Virus record (IMG/VR): IMGVR_UViG_3300030376_007003
Span: 1-26,783 of that record
Length of the DNA: 26,783 nt
Reading direction: 5' to 3' (one strand)
Origin: a virus
Taxonomy: Duplodnaviria > Caudoviricetes
A program made the position numbers and the translations under genes. Under the pieces are notes generated by a model. The model did not search any database. It saw only the letters and a program-made list of their open reading frames with translations, and was not told where the DNA came from. Every line of letters begins with the position of its first letter. Within the stretch, counting starts at the first letter, position 1. This document shows, piece by piece, positions 24,441-26,783 of this stretch.

Positions 24441-26233
24441 TAAATTGTTTCTGGTCTGTGGGTTTCGCTTAAAGGTTTTCTTCTACCTTGTGGCTTTTTG
24501 TCCACTCTTCCAAAACTTGTGCTTTTTCTAAAAAAATAACCAAGTGCCAAAGCATAATTTAAACAATCAAACCAATGGTTTTCCCGGTCCACTTGTTTAA
24601 ATTCAAATTGAGTCCGTCCGTTCCGGTCCCTTTTTTCCACCTCCACCTCGGCTAATAAATGGCGGTAAAGTAAAGTATCAGAATTTTTATATGTGGCTAA
24701 ACCGGCAATGGTCATATTACGCATTTTAACCAATATTCTTTTAAAATGGGTATTATTTACATCAAATCTGCGGACCGTTCCGGCCTGGGCTTTGTCTTTC
24801 ATACCATCAACTGCATTGACTTGTTGAATGTCAAACTGCCCTTGCATGGTCTGCACACCACGAATTGCCAACCACTTGCTGCCAAGTCTTAATAAATTAC
24901 TTAAAACAAAACTTGTATTGTATGCAGAATCTACCCCGGCAAAGTCGGCCTTGTACCGTTTAAATAATCCCTCTAACTCGTCAAAATTATCTGCCCTTCC
25001 GTGGTCCACTATGTGGCAAGTTCCTTCGGTAGTGTGTGCCGTTACCATCCAATAAAATTCATATTTTTGTACATCACAAGTAAGTAATACAAAACTTTCC
25101 GGTGGAATTTCTCCTTTTGAATATTCACCTTCTAAATCTTTTAATTTTATCATGTCCGGCAATTCTTCTGTGTCATGCCGCCAGGCTAAAGCTTGAAAAG
25201 AATTTCTAAAATCTTGCAATTGATTAACTGCCTTGGCTTCTAAAAATTGCCGGGCTGCTTCTTTAATGCTCACATATGAAGAGTATAAACTATTTAAATG
25301 ATATCCTTGGTGTGCTTGGTCTGCTAGTGGGTTATCACTAATCCATTCTGCTTGGTCACTTCCAACCATTTGGTTTTTTACCATATCATCCGTAATTACA
25401 TGGTTACAATTTGGGCAAACTAACCGTGCGGTGTTTACGGTCCCGGCAATATCCAATCCTTCTGAAGTTTCTACTTTGTCCCATTCCACAAAAAAAGTTT
25501 CGCTGCTTTTACCAAATCCAATTTGGGCAAGTTGTCCGCACTTGGGGCAAGGTACATGGTATTTCTTATATGTGCTTTGTTTAAGGTGGTGGGTTATGGT
25601 TTCTGCTCCATCGTCAACGGTGGGTGTACTTGCCAATACAAATAATTTACTGCTGCCATATGCTTTAATCCTATTTGCTGCCAATTGTATGGCCCCGGCT
25701 TCATTCTTATTTTTTACTGCTGCCTTGTCGCATTCGTCAAAACAAACTACGGCTGCCGGGAAGCTTGCCAATTTGGCTGCGGATCCGGCCCCACCTAAAT
25801 GAACATTACAACCTTTTAAATTATAAGTAAGAATAGAAAAGTTATCCGGGTTTTCCGGTAGAATTTTGGCAACTTCTGTTGATGCCTTCATCATGGGTTG
25901 AATCCGTTCTTTACTTATTTGCCGGGCAGCCTGATCACTTGGCATTAAATATAAAACCGGCTTTGGATTTACGGCTACTGTATATAATAAGCCAATATGC
26001 ATTAATGTAGTTTTACCGGTTTGACTCGCAAAGCATATAGTTAGCTTGTCGGTCTTCTTATTGCCAAATTGGTTTAATGGTTCTACTAAGTAACGATTAA
26101 AACCAGGTTTAAAGTAGCCGGCATATGGTGTAACTTCTTTAGGCAAATAAATATGCTTCTCTGCCCACTCGGCCACGGTTAAATTTTCTGGTGGTCTAAA
26201 TATTTCCGCAGCCGCTTTTTCAAGTAAGTTCAT
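24440..26233 (-). CDS. terL: Terminase large subunit, lambda GpA family
   Basis: TVAEWAEK, Walker A SQTGKT, Walker B VCFDECD, LASTPT, CPKC/CPNC zinc pairs, TCDVQ, GVDSAY, ENHWFDC. Confidence 0.95.
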   Translation of the reverse strand: MNLLEKAAAEIFRPPENLTVAEWAEKHIYLPKEVTPYAGYFKPGFNRYLVEPLNQFGNKKTDKLTICFASQTGKTTLMHIGLLYTVAVNPKPVLYLMPSDQAARQISKERIQPMMKASTEVAKILPENPDNFSILTYNLKGCNVHLGGAGSAAKLASFPAAVVCFDECDKAAVKNKNEAGAIQLAANRIKAYGSSKLFVLASTPTVDDGAETITHHLKQSTYKKYHVPCPKCGQLAQIGFGKSSETFFVEWDKVETSEGLDIAGTVNTARLVCPNCNHVITDDMVKNQMVGSDQAEWISDNPLADQAHQGYHLNSLYSSYVSIKEAARQFLEAKAVNQLQDFRNSFQALAWRHDTEELPDMIKLKDLEGEYSKGEIPPESFVLLTCDVQKYEFYWMVTAHTTEGTCHIVDHGRADNFDELEGLFKRYKADFAGVDSAYNTSFVLSNLLRLGSKWLAIRGVQTMQGQFDIQQVNAVDGMKDKAQAGTVRRFDVNNTHFKRILVKMRNMTIAGLATYKNSDTLLYRHLLAEVEVEKRDRNGRTQFEFKQVDRENHWFDCLNYALALGYFFRKSTSFGRVDKKPQGRRKPLSETHRPETI

Positions 26234-26718
26234 TTTTTCCCTAAATTTGCGGTAAGGTCTGCATATACATTTTGCAATTCTTGGGCTAAAATTGTTTCAG
26301 CCCTAGTTGGGTCATCTGGGTTTAATGCGGTAGCTAAATTTTCCGGCATCTGGTCCAGGGCTTTCCTCAATGGGACCAAAATTTTGTGCAATGTTTCGGT
26401 TAATTGCTCGCTTTCAATTAGCCGGCCTTCTTTTTCTGCCAGGTTTAACGCTTCAATTCTATTTTTTAAATCTAAGTTTGTGGCTTGGCCTTCCATCACT
26501 TTGCCTCGCAAGTCCATTAAATCCTGTGCGTTATAAGTCCGGCCGCCAATGGTTATTTCTCCGGTTCCTCCGGTCATTCCAGGCTGCAAGCTTTCCCTTT
26601 CTTCTCTCCATTTCTTGGCGGCCTTAATTTCTTTCGGCATTCCAAGTTTTAAATAGTGGTAGTAAGTCGGCTTTTTTAATCCGTGCAACTCATGTGGTGC
26701 TACTTTTTTGTTAGACAT
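26230..26718 (-). CDS. terS: Terminase small subunit (Nu1-like)
   Basis: N-terminal wHTH ending GMP, then L.LAEKEGRLI...LDQMPENLA; ATGA-coupled to TerL. Confidence 0.82.
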   Translation of the reverse strand: MSNKKVAPHELHGLKKPTYYHYLKLGMPKEIKAAKKWREERESLQPGMTGGTGEITIGGRTYNAQDLMDLRGKVMEGQATNLDLKNRIEALNLAEKEGRLIESEQLTETLHKILVPLRKALDQMPENLATALNPDDPTRAETILAQELQNVYADLTANLGKK

Positions 26719-26760
26719 TTTACTATTGTTAAAGTCTAAAGCTTTAAAATTTTTTGTTAG
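26704..26760. repeat. 11-bp direct repeat TTTTTTGTTAG (26704-26714, 26750-26760), candidate TerS-binding sites
   Basis: Exact repeats near the genome end; also a TTAGAC/GTCTAA inverted pair at 26711-26739. Confidence 0.45.
26719..26738 (-). promoter_or_regulatory. Variant late-gene motif upstream of terS
   Basis: TAGACT-TTAACAATAGTAAA-ATG, with the same 14-nt spacing. Confidence 0.5.
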
Positions 26761-26775
26761 TGCAAAAATTCACGG

Positions 26776-26783
26776 ACGCCCAC
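26776..26783. repeat. Right copy of 8-nt terminal direct repeat ACGCCCAC (probable cohesive end)
   Basis: Identical to 1-8. Confidence 0.75.

Noticed and set aside
300-26627. All plus-strand ORFs in the track (e.g. 300-695, 2362-2778, 2594-3094, 13193-13594, 14034-14501, 21974-22360, 25431-25802)
   Set aside because: They are antisense shadows of well-supported minus-strand genes, with no motifs; the Cys/Phe richness mirrors Q/K/E codons on the coding strand.
1-26783. CRISPR array, tRNA, diversity-generating retroelement, invertible fibre cassette or stop-codon recoding
   Set aside because: No spaced repeats, cloverleaf, reverse transcriptase, invertase or nucleotide-level TR/VR pair was seen; genes are intact in the standard code and TAA, TAG and TGA all act as stops.

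Overview
The window appears to be the complete ~26.8-kb linear genome of a small, AT-rich tailed phage with lambda-like packaging and a non-contractile tail. Every credible gene lies on the minus strand. Reading from the right end: TerS, GpA-type TerL, a displaced neck/tail-completion-like gene, a gpW-like protein, lambda-family portal, a self-contained moron cassette, protease/scaffold, major capsid, head closure, tail terminator, a metallophosphoesterase plus wHTH pair, a minimal tail tube, chaperone, tape measure, tail-tip and fibre genes, a stand-alone Fn3 protein and a lysis cassette (u-spanin-like lipoprotein, TM peptide, holin, no recognisable endolysin). The early region follows: Sak3-like annealase, sigma70-region-4 protein, replication initiator plus DnaC-like loader, RHH protein, C5 methyltransferase, RusA, PD-(D/E)xK-like protein and an HTH regulator. 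No integrase was recognised. Highlights: (1) an Fn3 protein lacking its A-strand while orphan PxAPxNI A-strand motifs are scattered over four virion proteins, suggesting strand-complementation docking; (2) eight -35-like (TA/GT)GACA motifs, six of them only 14-17 nt before late start codons, plus a stand-alone RpoD region-4 protein; (3) an M.EcoHK31I-type two-frame nested methyltransferase with a Cys-rich insert, and strong CCGG/GGCC enrichment; (4) an 8-nt terminal duplication inside a dyad, i.e. a probable 5' cos end. All protein calls come from motif reading by eye, not database searches.
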